Shown: positions 13,233 to 26,593 of the stretch, one piece after another
Position numbering within the stretch: position 1 is the stretch's first letter
Layout of the letters: each line of letters begins with the position of its first letter
DNA from: Squalus acanthias
Lineage: Eukaryota
Direction of reading: 5' to 3'
NCBI GenBank assembly: GCA_030390025.1
Contig: CM059432.1
Location: forward strand, 115,818,001 to 115,882,000
Length of the DNA stretch: 64,000 nt
Notes under the pieces: generated by a model
The model's input: the letters and a program-made list of their open reading frames with translations, nothing else
Database searches by the model: none
Told to the model about the DNA's origin: nothing
Translations under genes and position numbers: made by a program

Positions 13233-13702
13233 GTGTCAGCCAGTGGCTCAGTGGGTAGCACCCTCGCCTCTGAGTCAGCAGGTTGTGGGTGCAAGTCCCA
13301 CTCCAGAGACCTGAGCACAAAAATCTAGGCTGACACTCCAGTGCAGTACTGAGGGAGCGCTGCACTGTCGGAGGTGGCATCTTTCAGATGAGATGTAGAA
13401 CCGAGGCCCTGTCTGCTCTCTCAGGTAGACGTAAAAGATCCCATGGCACTATTTCGAAGAAGAGCAGGGGAGTTGTCCCTGGTGTCCTGGCCAATATTTA
13501 GCCCTCAATCAACATCACTAAAAACAGATCATTATCACATTGCTGTTTGTGGGAGCTTGCTGTGCGCAAATTGGCTGCCGCGTTTCCCACATTACAACAG
13601 TGACTACACTTCAAAAAAAAAAGTACTTCATTGGCTGTAAAGCGCTTTGGGACGTCCGGTGGTCGTGAAAGGCACTATATAAATGAAAGTCTTTCTTTCT
13701 TT
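13233..13702 (+). mobile_element. tRNA-derived Deu-domain SINE (SacSINE1-like)
   Basis: Colinear with 7361-7826; (CTTT)n tail. Confidence 0.9.
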
Positions 13703-14759
13703 CATCACACTTGGTATCCCGCATGAACTCACCTTTCTCATCTAAATTGTGGAGCCCTATCGGAACCCTTAAAAGAATTCCCATTCTCAGCAATTTCATA
13801 GCTGCAAGTTCAATTGCAGCAGCAAGCAATAACATGATTGAAAGTATAATTTATAAAAAACTTAATAAGCAAAATGTCACCCTCCAAATCAACAGAAACT
13901 AATGCAGGAAGCAAAATGGGACTAAACATCAATGCAACTTTAAAATACTCCCACAGGTTCAGAATCAGCTTTTCCAACAGAAACTTTGCTTTAAGAATCC
14001 AATTCCAGCACAGCAGGCCAGCGAATGAGTCACGCAATCATTTGGTGCAGGCAAGGTCAACACTGGGGATGTAGCTCATCAGAAGAATGCTAAACATGAC
14101 GTGGGATCTGATTTGAATTATTTCTATATTGAACTGAGGACTTGCCTTGGCCAGCAGCATAGCCTCCCGTAACCTGACAATTTTCTTCTTCTTGCAATGC
14201 GGAACACTGTGAAATGGGTGTGAATGCTTAATCTCCCAACCCACGTTCGACTCCAGCGAAGCTCCACAATGCAGCAGAGCCTTGCGAAGTCAGGGCTGTC
14301 GAAGGCATCTAAACACATGATGTGTATAATATGATTTCAAATACGGCAAAAACACATAATGCAACAAGGTATTTAATTTAGCCCCAGATGGCGTGGGTCG
14401 TGTCGATATCCGAGAAATATTTGACACAATACAGTGCAAACTGAAGTGAATGGCAGCAACCATCCACCCGACAAAAAGGCCTCCAGACCAATTATTGTGC
14501 CCAATGTGGATTCTTTGACCACTGGCCTCCGGACTTAGGGGGATCGTCTGGAGAGAATAATGGCGACTGGCTTTGCAGAGATACAGGGTTCCACCTCAAA
14601 GGGTCTACAGCATCTAACTAATACCGTCAACTCTGCCCTCCTGCTGATCAGTGGGCCCTCAAATCCAGGACCCAGCACAAGCAACATGGCTAGAATCTAC
14701 TTTCATGTTACCGTCCTCTCTTCTGATGACAGACCAATAACGTGCTCATCGATGCTTAG

Positions 14760-15077
14760 TTTGGGTTCTGCCAGGACCACTTGGCTCTAGACCTCATTAC
14801 AGCCTTGGTCCAAACATGGACAAAAGAGCTGAATTCCAGAGGTGAGGTGAGAGTGACTGCCCTTGACATCAAGGCAGCATTTGACTGAGTGTGGCATCAA
14901 GGAGCTCTAGTAAAACGGAAGTCAATGGGAATCAGGGGGAAAACTCTCCACTGGCTGGAGTCATACCTAGCACAAAGGAAAATGGTTGTGGTTGTTGGAG
15001 GCCAATCATCTCAGCCCCAGGACATCGCTGCAGGAGTTCCTCAGGGCAGTGTCCTAAGACCAACCATCTTCAGCTGC
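14760..15077 (+). mobile_element. LINE RT fragment (CR1/L2-group family also seen at 55530-57015)
   Basis: Near-identical to ~55890-56200; LDIKAAFD.VWH, GVPQGSVL. Confidence 0.85.
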
Positions 15078-16638
15078 TTAGAACATAAGAACATAAGAAA
15101 TAGGAGCAGGAGTAGGCCATGTGGCCCGTTGAGCCTGCTCCGCCATTCAATAAGATCATGGCTGGTCTTCTACCTCATCTCCACTTTCCTGCACTATCCC
15201 CATCTCCCTTGATTCCCTTAATATCCAAAAATCTATCGATCTCTGTCTTGGATATACTCAACGACTGAGTCTCCATAGCCCTCTGGGGTAGAGAATTCCA
15301 AAGATTCACCACCCTCTGAGTGAAGAAATTTTTCTTCATCTCAGTCCTAAATGACCAACCCCTTATTCTGAGACTGTGACCCCTGGTTCTAGACTCCCCA
15401 GCCAGGGGAAACATCCTCCCTGCATCTACCCTGTCTAGCCCTATAAGAATTTTGTATGTTTCAATGAGATCACCTCTCATTCTTCGAAACTCTAGAGAAT
15501 ATAGGCCTAGTCTACTCAATCTCTCCTCATAGAACAATCCCCCCATCCCAGGAACCAGCCAGGTGAACCTTCGTTGCACTTCCTCTATGGCAAGTATATC
15601 CTTCCTTAGGTAAGGAGACCAAAACAGTACACAATACTCCAGGTGTGGTCTCACCAGGGCCCTATATAATTGCAGTAAAACGTCTTTACTCTTATACTCA
15701 AATCCTCTTGTACTAAAAGCCAACATACCATTTGCTTTCCTAATTGCTTGCTGTACCTGTATGTTAACTTTCAGTGATTCATGTACAAGGACACCCAGGT
15801 CCCTCTGAGCACCAACATTTCTCAATCTCTCACCATTTAAAAAATACTCTGCTTTTCTATTTTTTGTACCAAAGTGGATAACTTCACATTTCTCCACATT
15901 ATATTCCATTTGCCATGCTCTTTCCCACTCACTTAGCCTGTCTATATCCCCTTGCATATAGGCTTGCATCCTCCTCACAACTTACATTCCCACCCAGCTT
16001 TGAATCATCAGCAAACTTGGATATTTTACATTTGGTCCCCTCATCCAAATCATTGATATAGATTGTGAATAGCTGAGGCCCAAGCACTGATCCTTGTGGT
16101 ACCCCACTAGTTACAGCCTGCCAACCTGAAATTGACCCATTTATTCCTACTCTCTGTTTTCTGTCTGTTAACCAATCCTCAATCCATGCTAGTGTATTAC
16201 CCCCAATCCCATGAACCCTAATTTTGTTAAATAACCTCTTGTGTGGCACCTTTTCGAATGCCTTCTGAAAATCCAAATACACCACATCCACTAGTTCCCC
16301 CTTATTTATTCTGTTAGTTACAACCTCAAAAAACTCCAACAGATTTGTCAAACACGATTTCCCTTTCATAAATCTGTGTTGACTCTGCCCAATCCTATTA
16401 TTATTTTCTAAGTGCCTTGTTACCACGTCCTTAATAATAGATTCTAGCATTTTCCCTACTACTGATGTCAGGATAACTGGTCTGTAGTTCCCCGTTTTCT
16501 CTCTCCCTCCTTTCTTAACTAGTGGGGTTACATTTGTCACCTTCCAATCCGTGGGAACCGTTCCAGAATCTATGGTATATTGGAAAATGTCAACCAATGC
16601 ATCCACTATCTCTATAGCCACATCTTTCAAAACCCTAG

Positions 16639-17148
16639 TGAACCTGGATGCAAAATGAGCAGCAGCTCAGAGAGAGATAGAGAGGATTTTTTTTTGCATC
16701 CAGGTCCTCTCACAGCAAAGGCCAGGCAGTCTCTGAAGATATTCAATGCAGCAGCATCAGAGGCGACTTTCAGACCTAATACTACTACTACCTTCATCAC
16801 ATCTCCGTTGTAATAGTGGACCTGCAGCTGATAGTCAGCTATCCACTTGTGCTCCCGCCAGGTTTCACTGGCGTGTTTCACATCAGGCGTGCTTCACGTT
16901 GGAAAAGGGTTAAACAAGCTAAAACGTTTCAAAATGGCATTACAGAGCCAATTTAGGGCTTGTTAAGGGCTTTAATGGCCTCTCCTGCCTCTTGGAGGTG
17001 GGACAGAGTCGGGAACACCGCACACGATTTTATCAAAATTGCGTGGAGGCGGAATGGAGGCGGGATCAGGTCTGCCCGCCACTTTTCGCAATTTTAACCC
17101 CCCACATGCCTCCAAACCCGCCTCCACGGCCCTATGAAAATCCAGCCC
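16639..17148. mobile_element. Harbinger terminal fragment inside CR1, with adjacent deletion
   Basis: Right TIR GAAAATCCAGCCC; subterminus resembles 48700-48815; CR1 sequence between HPRVLK and KYF missing. Confidence 0.65.
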
Positions 17149-17404
17149 AAAGTATTTGTTTAATTTCTCTGCCATTTCCTTATTCCCCATTATAATTTCT
17201 CCTGTCTCAGCCTGTAAGGGACCCACATTTACTCGCTAATCTTTTCCTTTGTACATACCTATAGAAGCTTTTACAGTCTGTTTTTATGTTTCTCGCTAGC
17301 TTACTCTCATATTCTGTTTTCCCTTTCTTTATCAATTTCTTGGTCCTTTGTTGAATTCTAAAATTCTCCCAATCCTCAGGCTTACTACTCTTTTTGGCAA
17401 CATT

Positions 17405-18154
17405 GGCCCAAAAATTCAGCCGAGAACGGGTGAGTACTCAGTGCGTACTCACCCGTATTCGTTCCTGAAGTGCTGGTTTCCTGCATGCACTGCGCATGCG
17501 CGGGAAACTGGCACTTCCGGTATGGCGAAGGGGGCGGTTCCTCGGTGAACCGTGTGCGCACTAGAGGCTGCGCGCACGCAGCACACTTAGGTTTTTTTCA
17601 GGTTTCAACGCGAGGGTAAGTATGGAAGATTCTACACAAGTAAAAAGGAGGCGTAAGACCCCTTTTGAACAAGGTAAGTAGTTAATTAAGTATAATTTTA
17701 CATTTTTTTCAACAGGTTTATCTTTTTTAGAGACTTTAAAGAAAGGTAAGTTTATTTTTATAACTTTTAAATTTTTTAAAAATTTTTTCAAAAATTAAAA
17801 TTTTTGTTTAAAGTGGTTAATTTATTTAACTATAGTTATTTTATTAATGTGATGGTTTTAAAAAAAAATTTATTTGAGGTTTAGCTGTTCTTTTGGGGCC
17901 GATTTCAATTCATAGATTTGACAGGTCCTGTCAAATCTATGAATGAAAGATGGTCTGCTGCCATTGGCTCTCCATGGCCCACGTGATCCCAGAGGTTGCA
18001 TCGCACTAACTGCGCCCCTGGGACACGCACACACTGCGCGCCGGCACTAGGGACCCGAAGTTCCTGCGGGGGCAAACAAGGACGGCAGACGCGGTATGTG
18101 ATATCGCGCGTGATCCTTACCCCCGCGGCAAGCTCCGAGTCAAATTTCTGGGCC
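17405..18154. mobile_element. Harbinger-type MITE family M1, copy 1 (750 bp)
   Basis: TIRs GGCCCAAAAATT / AATTTCTGGGCC; TSD ATT/ATT; removal restores CR1 GGCAACATTATAAGCC; homologous to 42267-43010. Confidence 0.9.
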
Positions 18155-21100
18155 ATTATAAGCCTCTTCCTTTGATCTAATACTATCTTTAACTTCTCTT
18201 GTTAGCCACGGTTGGACCACTTTTCCTGTGGGGTTTTTGTGCCTTAAAAGGAATGTATATTTGTTGTAAATTATGTATTAATTCTTTAAATGCTAGCCAT
18301 TGCTTGTCTACTGTCATACCTTTTAATGTAGTTTCCCAATCTACCTTAGCCAACTCGCCCCCATAACTACGTAGTTTGCTTTGTTTAGATTTAAGACCCT
18401 AGTTTCGGATTTAATTAAATCACTTTCAAGTGCAATATAAAATTCTATCATATTAATGTCACTCTTCCCTAAAGGCCCCTTTACTACAAGGTTATGAATT
18501 AACCCTTTCTCATTGCACAATACTAGATCTAAAATAGCCTGTTCCCTAGTTGGTTCCTCAACATACTGATCTAGAAAACTATCTTGTATACATTCCATGA
18601 ATTCGTTCTCCATACTATTACCGCAAATTTGGTTTGCCCAGTCTATATGTAGGTTAAAGTCTCCCATGATTACTGTATTACCCTTGTTACACGCGCCTCT
18701 AATTTTCTGATTTATACTCTGCCCTACATTACAACTACTGTTTGGGGGCCTATAAACAACTCCCACCAATGTTTTCTGCCTCTTGCTGTTTCTTAGCTCT
18801 ATCCAAACTGATTCTACTTCTTGGTTTTCGGAGCTAAGATCCTTTCTCTCTACTGTCTTTATCCCATCCTTTATTATCAGGGCTACCCCTCCTCCTTTTC
18901 CATTTTGCCTATCTCTTCTAAAAGTTATGTATCCTGGAATATTTAGTTCCCAACCTTGGCCACTTTGCAACCACGTCTCCATTATGGCTATTAGCTCAAA
19001 CCTGTTAATTTCTATCTGCGCTATTAATTCATCTATTTTGTTGCGAATGCTTCGCGCATTCAGATATAGTGCCTTTAGCTTTGACTTATTTCTATTTTTC
19101 CCTGACGTCACCTTAGTCACTGATGCCTTATTATCTTTGTTACTCTCTCTGACCCTTCCTGACCCACTCTGCTTATTTTTACCCAAAACTCTACTCTGTC
19201 CTAGAGCCTTGACATTTCTCTTGCTGATTTTAAATTTACTCTTTCCTGAATCCTCCCACCCACCCTTCATTAGTTTAAAGCCCTGTCTACTGCCCTAGTT
19301 ATTCGGTTCGCCAGGACACTGGTCCCAGCCCGGTTTAAGTGGAGTCCGTTCCAACGGAACAACTCCCTCTTTCCCCAGTACTGGCGCCAGTGCCCCATGA
19401 ACTTAACAGGTTTAATTTAATAGCCATAATGGAGACGTGGTTGCAAAATGGCCAAGGAAAGTAGAAGAAACAGCTGAAACTTAAAAGTTCAAATAATTTC
19501 AAAAACAAAATCAGCTATTACAGATCCACATGGCATTCTGACAGCTAAGAGAAAGCCATTAACAGATAATTAATAACTTTAAACAAGCGTTGAGTTCATT
19601 TTAATAACAGTCTGCCGACAATGTCATTACTCAAGAGGAATGCAGCAGGTTTGGTTCACAGCGTAAAAGTAATGTGGATGTCAGCAGGTAATTGAGGCTT
19701 GAATGGGATGATGTTACAAACTCATTTGCTCTTTCAGATAGTAGGCTGAGTTGTATAATGTATCTGTCACCCACACTGTCATGTCTGAACCACTTTTCAA
19801 CCTTTGTGCCTTAATTAACTCTTATTTGCATTAGAGGAGAAAAAAGCCAAGCAATTTAAACAAAAATATTCTCAGAGCTTCTCTGTTACATGTCTCTTCA
19901 GGCACAGCTGAAGTTTTGTGAGTTTTACTTACTTATTAACAAATACCACTTAGTTGAGATACTGAGGCCTAGAAATCCGAGTGCGACACGAAAGTTGCCG
20001 GTGTTACCGCGGCCTCGGGTTAACGGCTGCTGAAAATGGTCGTGCCGGTAGGAGAGAAAAATTTGCGCTGGGGACTAAAGATTGGTAGCCCAGTGCTAAC
20101 TCACTGTGTAACGCCCTCCTGGTGGCGTTAGTCCAGGCATTGGTCCCGAATGTGGCATCCAGAAGCAGCGTTGCATCTTCCAACAGCCTCTGGAAGCGAG
20201 GCTATGAGTTCGCTAGGCATTGTGGGATATTAAAAGGGCAGTGCGTTGCCGTTTGCTTAAAAGGGCAGTGCCTTCTGAACTGATAAAAATAAAAATGAAG
20301 TTTAAAAATGCAGTTTTCAGCCCTTACAGCTCTACTGCCTTTTAAAAAAAATTAACATTTGAAAAAACATTCCCAAATGGGATTCTTCAGCTCTTAAAGT
20401 TGAATTCCCTTCCGCACCTCAAAAAATAGGAAAAGTGTTTCAGCACCAACACAAATGGCTCAGCAAGCCAGGGAGGGGAACCCAGGGTCTCGCACGCAGC
20501 ACTCCAGCTTCGTGCAGGGGGTCAACACTGCAAGAGAGGTCCTTTACCCACAGGAGCCAGGAGGCCCTCCAGAAAGAAGGATGTGGGACCAGATCACCGA
20601 GGCCATCACTGCCAGCAGTGTCGCCCCCACGATCTGGCTCCAGTGCCCAAAGAAGCTCATGATCTCAGACCACTGGTCAAGGTCAGTGAATGCATCTTCA
20701 AAAGCCATCTCCTACCAACTGCATCACTAGCCTCACACACTGCTCAGTGCACGACGCCCCCTCCCCAATCACTCACCTACCAACAATCTGTACCAATCAC
20801 GAGGCACATTTCCCATTCCTAGCCTCACCTCACTCCCTTGGAGGAGACGGTGCAGGCCATTCTTGGCAGGGGCATGGCTGAGCCCTTGGCCAGCAGCAGG
20901 GCTGAAAGGATGCAAGATTCTGGTATCCTCATACGTTATCCTCCTTCTGGCATTCACCTCATGCTTCCCGCCCTCCCCTTACCACAACTCCACCCTTGTG
21001 CCTTCCTCATTTCACACACCCAAGAAATGCAGCCTGCCCAGCTAGTGTTTGAACAAGAAGGGGGAGAGGAGAGTGAAGAAACATCGTCATTCGATTTCAC

Positions 21101-22005
21101 ACTCCCAGCCACCAGCTCCTCGAGGTCGTCCTGCAAGGCCATCTGCAGTCTCTCTCACTGAAAGTCAGCAGCCTTCCACCAGCCATGCTGCAGCCACTGG
21201 GGTCACACTGCGTGTCATCACTAGGATAGGCAAAGGCACACACAAGACAGACATGAAGGGAATGCACAAGGATGATGAGTTGATTTCTTGATGTTACATT
21301 GGATGGTTAGATGTATAAAGTTGGATTGGAAAGTTTGCTTTGTGGTGGCTTTTATTTCAGCATTGTGGCCAAGAGGACGCTGTGATGATCAGTAACAGAG
21401 GGAAGGTAAGGTGTGGGACAAATATTGAAAGGGGAATTGGGGTTATGTTCACTGGTACCGCAGGCAGATGATTTGATCCCGGATATCTCGACCAGAAAGG
21501 GGCTGACTGGGATGCATCCTTCCTTCCACTTCCTCCTCTTCTGCTTCATCCTCTTCTGTGTCGTCTTCTTCCCTCTGCGAGCAGATGCTGTAAATCTGAA
21601 ATAAAAGCAGAAAATGCTGGAAATACTCAGCAGGTCATGCAGCATCTCGACCTGAGACGTGAACTCTGTGGGGGAGAAATTAGGTATTGGCTCGTTTGGG
21701 GCGCTAAGTTTTGAAATCGTGAGAAATTAGCGCAAGGTGCTAATGAGTCTGAGGTTTCCCTAAATTGGCTGTTAGCGCTCCTGGAAAGAGCTGGAGCGCT
21801 AAATCAAGCACTAATGACCTAGGCAGGGCGCTACAGCGGCGCTACCAGCAGAGCGATAATGAATTTCAGGTGCAATGCAATCGGGAATGATCCTTCACAC
21901 TGGCCCCTTCCAGCTCTTAAAGGGGAGGTTGCATCATTGTGCAGATCCTCATTATCAGCATTGCTGGTGAGGGCGACCTGCAACCAACTGAGTCCCCTGA
22001 TCGTG

Positions 22006-23773
22006 ATGGCTGATCCCACTCCCAGGGAGAGAGCTCGTCGTTTCACGGGCAAAGTATTGGAGGTATTGGTCGCGGGAGTGGAGCGAAGGAGGGCAGTGCT
22101 GTTCCCGGACACTGGAAGGAGGCCATTCCCCCAGATCTTCAGGGCAATGTGGAGGGAAGTGGCCCAGGAGGTCTCGGCCAGTAGTGTGGTCGTACGCAGC
22201 CTGACACAGTGCCGGAAGAAATTCAACGACCTCACTTGGGTGGTCAAGGTGAGTACATGCTTCAACAGGTCCTACATACCAGCATCTGAACCTCAGTCTG
22301 TACACACTGCACAAACCACCACACCCCCACCAGCATCTGCACCTACTCAAACTCACATCCACATCTCATGCCTTGCCTACAATCACAGCTATTCAACTAC
22401 GGCAGGCATATCTCCCAAACACATAGCTGGACTCTGACTCACACACATTTGTTTCTCTTGCAGGCCGAGATGGCTCACAATAGGAAGCAGCACCAAAGAA
22501 CAGGCAGGGGTGATGCGCAGCTCCAGCAGCTTTCAGACCTGGAGGAGCGAGTGCTGCGACTCATTGGGCAGCAGGTGGTGGGCGGCGTGGCCGTTGGCAA
22601 CGTCGACCCCCTTGGGGGCAACAACGGTATGTTCATTCCCTCTCCTTCTCTCATCCCACTTCCCCCTCACACCACAAGCCTTTCCCACTTTCCAGCTCCT
22701 GATACTGTCTGCATTCCTTGCTCCCTTCCTGTCTCCCTTCCCTCAGCTTAAGCGAGCCTTGTGCCTTTATGCTTTCAGAGAATCAGCAACCAGATGACCA
22801 GCCTGTCCCTGAGCCTCCCACTGAGAGTGAGGAAGGAGAAGAGGAGGAGGAGCAAAGCACCACGTCACTGCATCTCTCACCTGCAGGCACCACCTCAGAT
22901 ACTGACACTACGCGATCTTTAGAAGCAAGTTTATTAGAGGGGTCTGCACAGGGTGATGCACTGGGGACGAGCGGGCTGCAGCAAGGCCAGGGAGAAAGGG
23001 TAGCTCGGGGCCCAGCACCCCGGGGGGCGAGTTCACGCACGAGTTCTGCTGCACAGTACTCAGAGGAGGACCTCAATGGGGAGGTGTTCACAAGAAGGGT
23101 GATGGCCATGCACACAGAGATGATAGGTGCAATGGCAAGGGTGCCCAAGAGCCTGTCGGCAATGGTAAGGAGCGTGGAGGAGTCCGCCTCCAATATTGCA
23201 CAGAGCTCTGCGCAGAGAATGGAGCCCATCATTTCCACTGTGCAGAGGATGGTGGACTCCCTAAGAGACCGTGTGGATCTAGACCTCATGACGCGTGTAA
23301 TGGGCGATGTGGCAGCTTCCATTGCAGCACAGGCGGAAGCAATGCAACGTCTTAGTGCTGTAGTGCAGTCTATACTTGGTGGCATCGAGTCTCAGAGTGC
23401 TCTCATGCAATCTCAGCTTGATGCCACGCAAGCTCTGACTGCTGCTATCATGGCTGTGTCCACCACAGTCTACCGGGGATCTCATGGTGTCGCAGCAGCT
23501 CAGCAATCTGCACTGCAGCAGATTGGTAGGGATGCTGAGGTGCTGGCCCGGGTGAGTGACAGTGGGTCTGTGGAGCAGGAACCTGCTATCCTCTCTCAGG
23601 GTGACAGCATTCCTGCTCGACCACTGCCACTCCTTCATTGCCTTTGCCTCTGCCTGTCATCCAGCCAGCCCAGACTGCTGCCGCCCATCCTGAGGTGGTG
23701 CAGTCTACAACCAGACCTTCCACCAACCCTGCTGCAGCCACTGGGGAGACACTACATAGGAGTAGTAGATTAG
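22006..23773 (+). CDS. Harbinger Myb/SANT DNA-binding protein, 3 exons (22006-22248, 22464-22626, 22779-23773), predicted 466 aa open reading frame
   Basis: MADPTPRERARRFTGKVLEVLV...MWREVAQEV...QCRKKFNDL; GT-AG introns in phases 0 and 1 join three stop-free ORFs; probable late frameshift near 23617. Confidence 0.75.
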
Positions 23774-24544
23774 GGAAATTAGGCTGTGTCTCATTTAAGC
23801 TTTGGGATGTGGTATGGAATGAGAAATTGATGGAATGATGGGGACGTGCTAAGCAACCGCGAAGTGGCCTCCAATACATTGGAACCGAAGTTTGATGAGG
23901 TGGTCACGGATCGCCTTTCCACAAGGCCGATTGAGTGGCCGCCTCCTCCGTCGCTGATGTTCGTGCTTCTGTTCCTCTTGCTGCTCCTACTTCTCCTCCT
24001 CCTCCTCGCCTCCCTCTTCCTCCTCTTGAGGTGGTGCGGCTATGCCTGGTGGCAATGGCTGGGCCCTCATGATAGCCAAGTTGTGCAGCATGCAGCAGAC
24101 GATGACGAAAAGGGACACCCGCTGTAGGGTATTTTTGCGTGCCCCGTGTTTTTATGACTCTGCCTTGAGTTGACCCGTGCATTAAAAACTCCCCGGTTTT
24201 GGTTGTTTCCCTCGGACGGCAGGAGCTTTTGCCAATAGTCCCTGCCTAGCCCGTCGATTAGCGGGTAATCCCACACAGAGGGAGAGACCAAGGCCAGATA
24301 GGTCTTCTCCTATGCCCGATGCGCAGCGTCCCCAGCGGGATTACTGCCACCCGGTTGGTCTTCCGAGTTATACCGCGAACCACAAGCCCCACAACCCTCA
24401 AGTTCGGACCCAAGGAGTTACTAGGGATAGATTATAATTGACTCAGATAAAATGAAACGGTTCAGGTTGGTCAAAGATCGATTCCTTTTTATTACACTCA
24501 CAAAACGACAATCCCTACTCCTCTCGCATAACGAGTAGGTGACT

Positions 24545-24584
24545 GTGGACACTAGCTTATAACCGTGGACACTAGCTTATAACC
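24545..24584. repeat. 20-bp tandem duplication GTGGACACTAGCTTATAACC x2
   Basis: Exact direct repeat inside the LTR. Confidence 0.9.
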
Positions 24585-24731
24585 TTAGACTAAAATACCC
24601 ACCCTGTTAGTTACGCTGAACCAACCCCTTCCCAGAATCTAAGCCTAGATAATGGAAAAACCCTTCTAACTAAACCCCTCTCCCGGTTTGGTCAGAACCC
24701 ACACGTGGAAGCCTCCTCACACACACACACA

Positions 24732-26593
24732 CATAGAAACATAGAAGATAGGAGCAGGAGTAGGCCATTTGGCCCCTCTAGTCTGCTCAGCTATTCAATG
24801 CGATCATGGCTGATCATCCAAATTCAGAACCCTGTCCCTGCTTTCTCCCCATATCCCTTGATCCCTTTAGCCTTAAGAAATATATCCAACTCCTTCTTGA
24901 ATATATTTAATGAATTGGCCTCTACTGCCTTCTGTGGTAGAGAATTCCACAGGTTCACCACTCTCTGGGTGAAGAAATTCCTCCTCATTTCTGTCCTAAA
25001 TGGCTTACCCCTTATCCTTAGACTGTGACCCCTGGTTCTGGACTCCCCGACCATCGGGAACATCCTTCCTGCATCTAGTCTGTCCAGTCCTTTCAGAATT
25101 TTATAAGTTTCAATGAGATCCCCTCTCATTCTTCTAAACTCCAGCGAATATAAGCCCAATCGACCCAATCTCTCCTCATACGTCATTCCTGCCATCCCAG
25201 GTATCAGCCTGGTGAATCTTCGCTGAACTCCTTCCATGGCAAGAACCTCCTTCCTCAGATAAGGCGACCAAAACTGCACACAATACTCAAGATGTGGTCT
25301 CACCAAGGCCCTGTACAACTGCAGCAAGACATCCTTGTTCCTGTACTCGAACCCTCTCGCTACGAAGGCCAACATACCATTTGCCTTCTTAAATGCCTGC
25401 TGCACCTGCATGCTTACCTTCAGCGACTGGTGCACAAGGACACCCAGGTCTCGTTGCACTTCACCTTCTCCCAATCTATTGCCATTCAGATAATAATCTG
25501 CCTTCCTGTTTTTGACACCAAAGTGGATAACCTCTCATTTATCCACGTTATATTGCATCTGCCATGCTTCTGCCCAATCACCCAACCTGTCCAAATCATC
25601 CTGGAATTTCTCGGCATCCTCCTCACAGCACACACTCCCACCCAGCTTTGTGTCATCTGCAAACTTGGAGATATTACATCTAGTTCCCTTGTCTAGATCA
25701 TTAATATATATTGTGAATAGCTGGGGTCCAAGGACCAATCCCTGCGGTACCCCACTAGTCACTGCCTGCCACTCGGAAAAACACCCGTTTATGCCAACTC
25801 TTTGCTTTCTGTCTGCCAACCAGTTCTCTATCCAAGTCAATACCTTGCCCCCAATCCCATGTGCCTTAACTTTACATGCTAATCTCTTATGCGGGACCTT
25901 ATCGAAAGCCTTTTGAAAGTCCAAATACACCACATCCACTGGTTCTCCATTATCTATTTTACCAGTTACATCCTCAAAAAATTCCAGTAGATTAGTCAAG
26001 CATGATTTACCTTTTGTAAATCCATGTTGACTTTGTCCGATCCTGTCACTGTTTTCCAAGTGCTCTGCTTTTACATCTTTTATAATGGACTCTAGCATTT
26101 TGCCCACTACCGATGTCAGGCTTACCGGTCTGTAATTCTCCGTTTTCTCTCTACCTCCTTTTTTGAATAGTGGGGTGACATTAGCTACCCTCCAATCCAT
26201 GGGTATTGTTCCAGATTCCATCGAATGTTGGAAGATGATCAGCAATGCATCTACTATTTCTAGGGCCACTTCCTGAAGTACCCTAGGATGTAGATTATCA
26301 GGCTCTGGGGATTTATCGGCCTTCAATCCCACCAATTTCCCTAACACCATTTCCCTACAAATACTGATTTCTTTCAGTTCCTCCCTTTCATCAGACCCTA
26401 TGTTCCCCGACATCTCTGGGAGGTTATTTGTGTCCTCCTTTGTGAAGACAGAACCAAAATATGTATTTAATTGGTCTGCCATTTCTTTGTTCCCCATTAT
26501 AAGTTCCCCTGATTCTGACTGCAAGGGACCTATGCTTGACTTCACCAATCTTTTTCTCTTCACATATCTATAAAAGCTTTTACAGTCAGCTTT
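24732..26593 (-). mobile_element. 5'-truncated CR1 LINE inserted in a (CA)n tract of the LTR
   Basis: RT ORFs 25535-26644 and 24824-25474; tail (CATAGAAA)n; CA repeats on both sides. Confidence 0.95.

Larger units (their letters stand above)
15079..19401 (-). mobile_element. CR1 LINE, ORF1 3' end through 3' tail; interrupted by Harbinger end (16639-17148) and MITE (17405-18154)
   Basis: EN ORF 18341-19270 (LYLNARSIRNK, VYRPP, GDFN); RT ORFs 15929-16630 and 15175-15978 (FADD); tail (CATAAGAA)n at ~15084. Confidence 0.95.
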
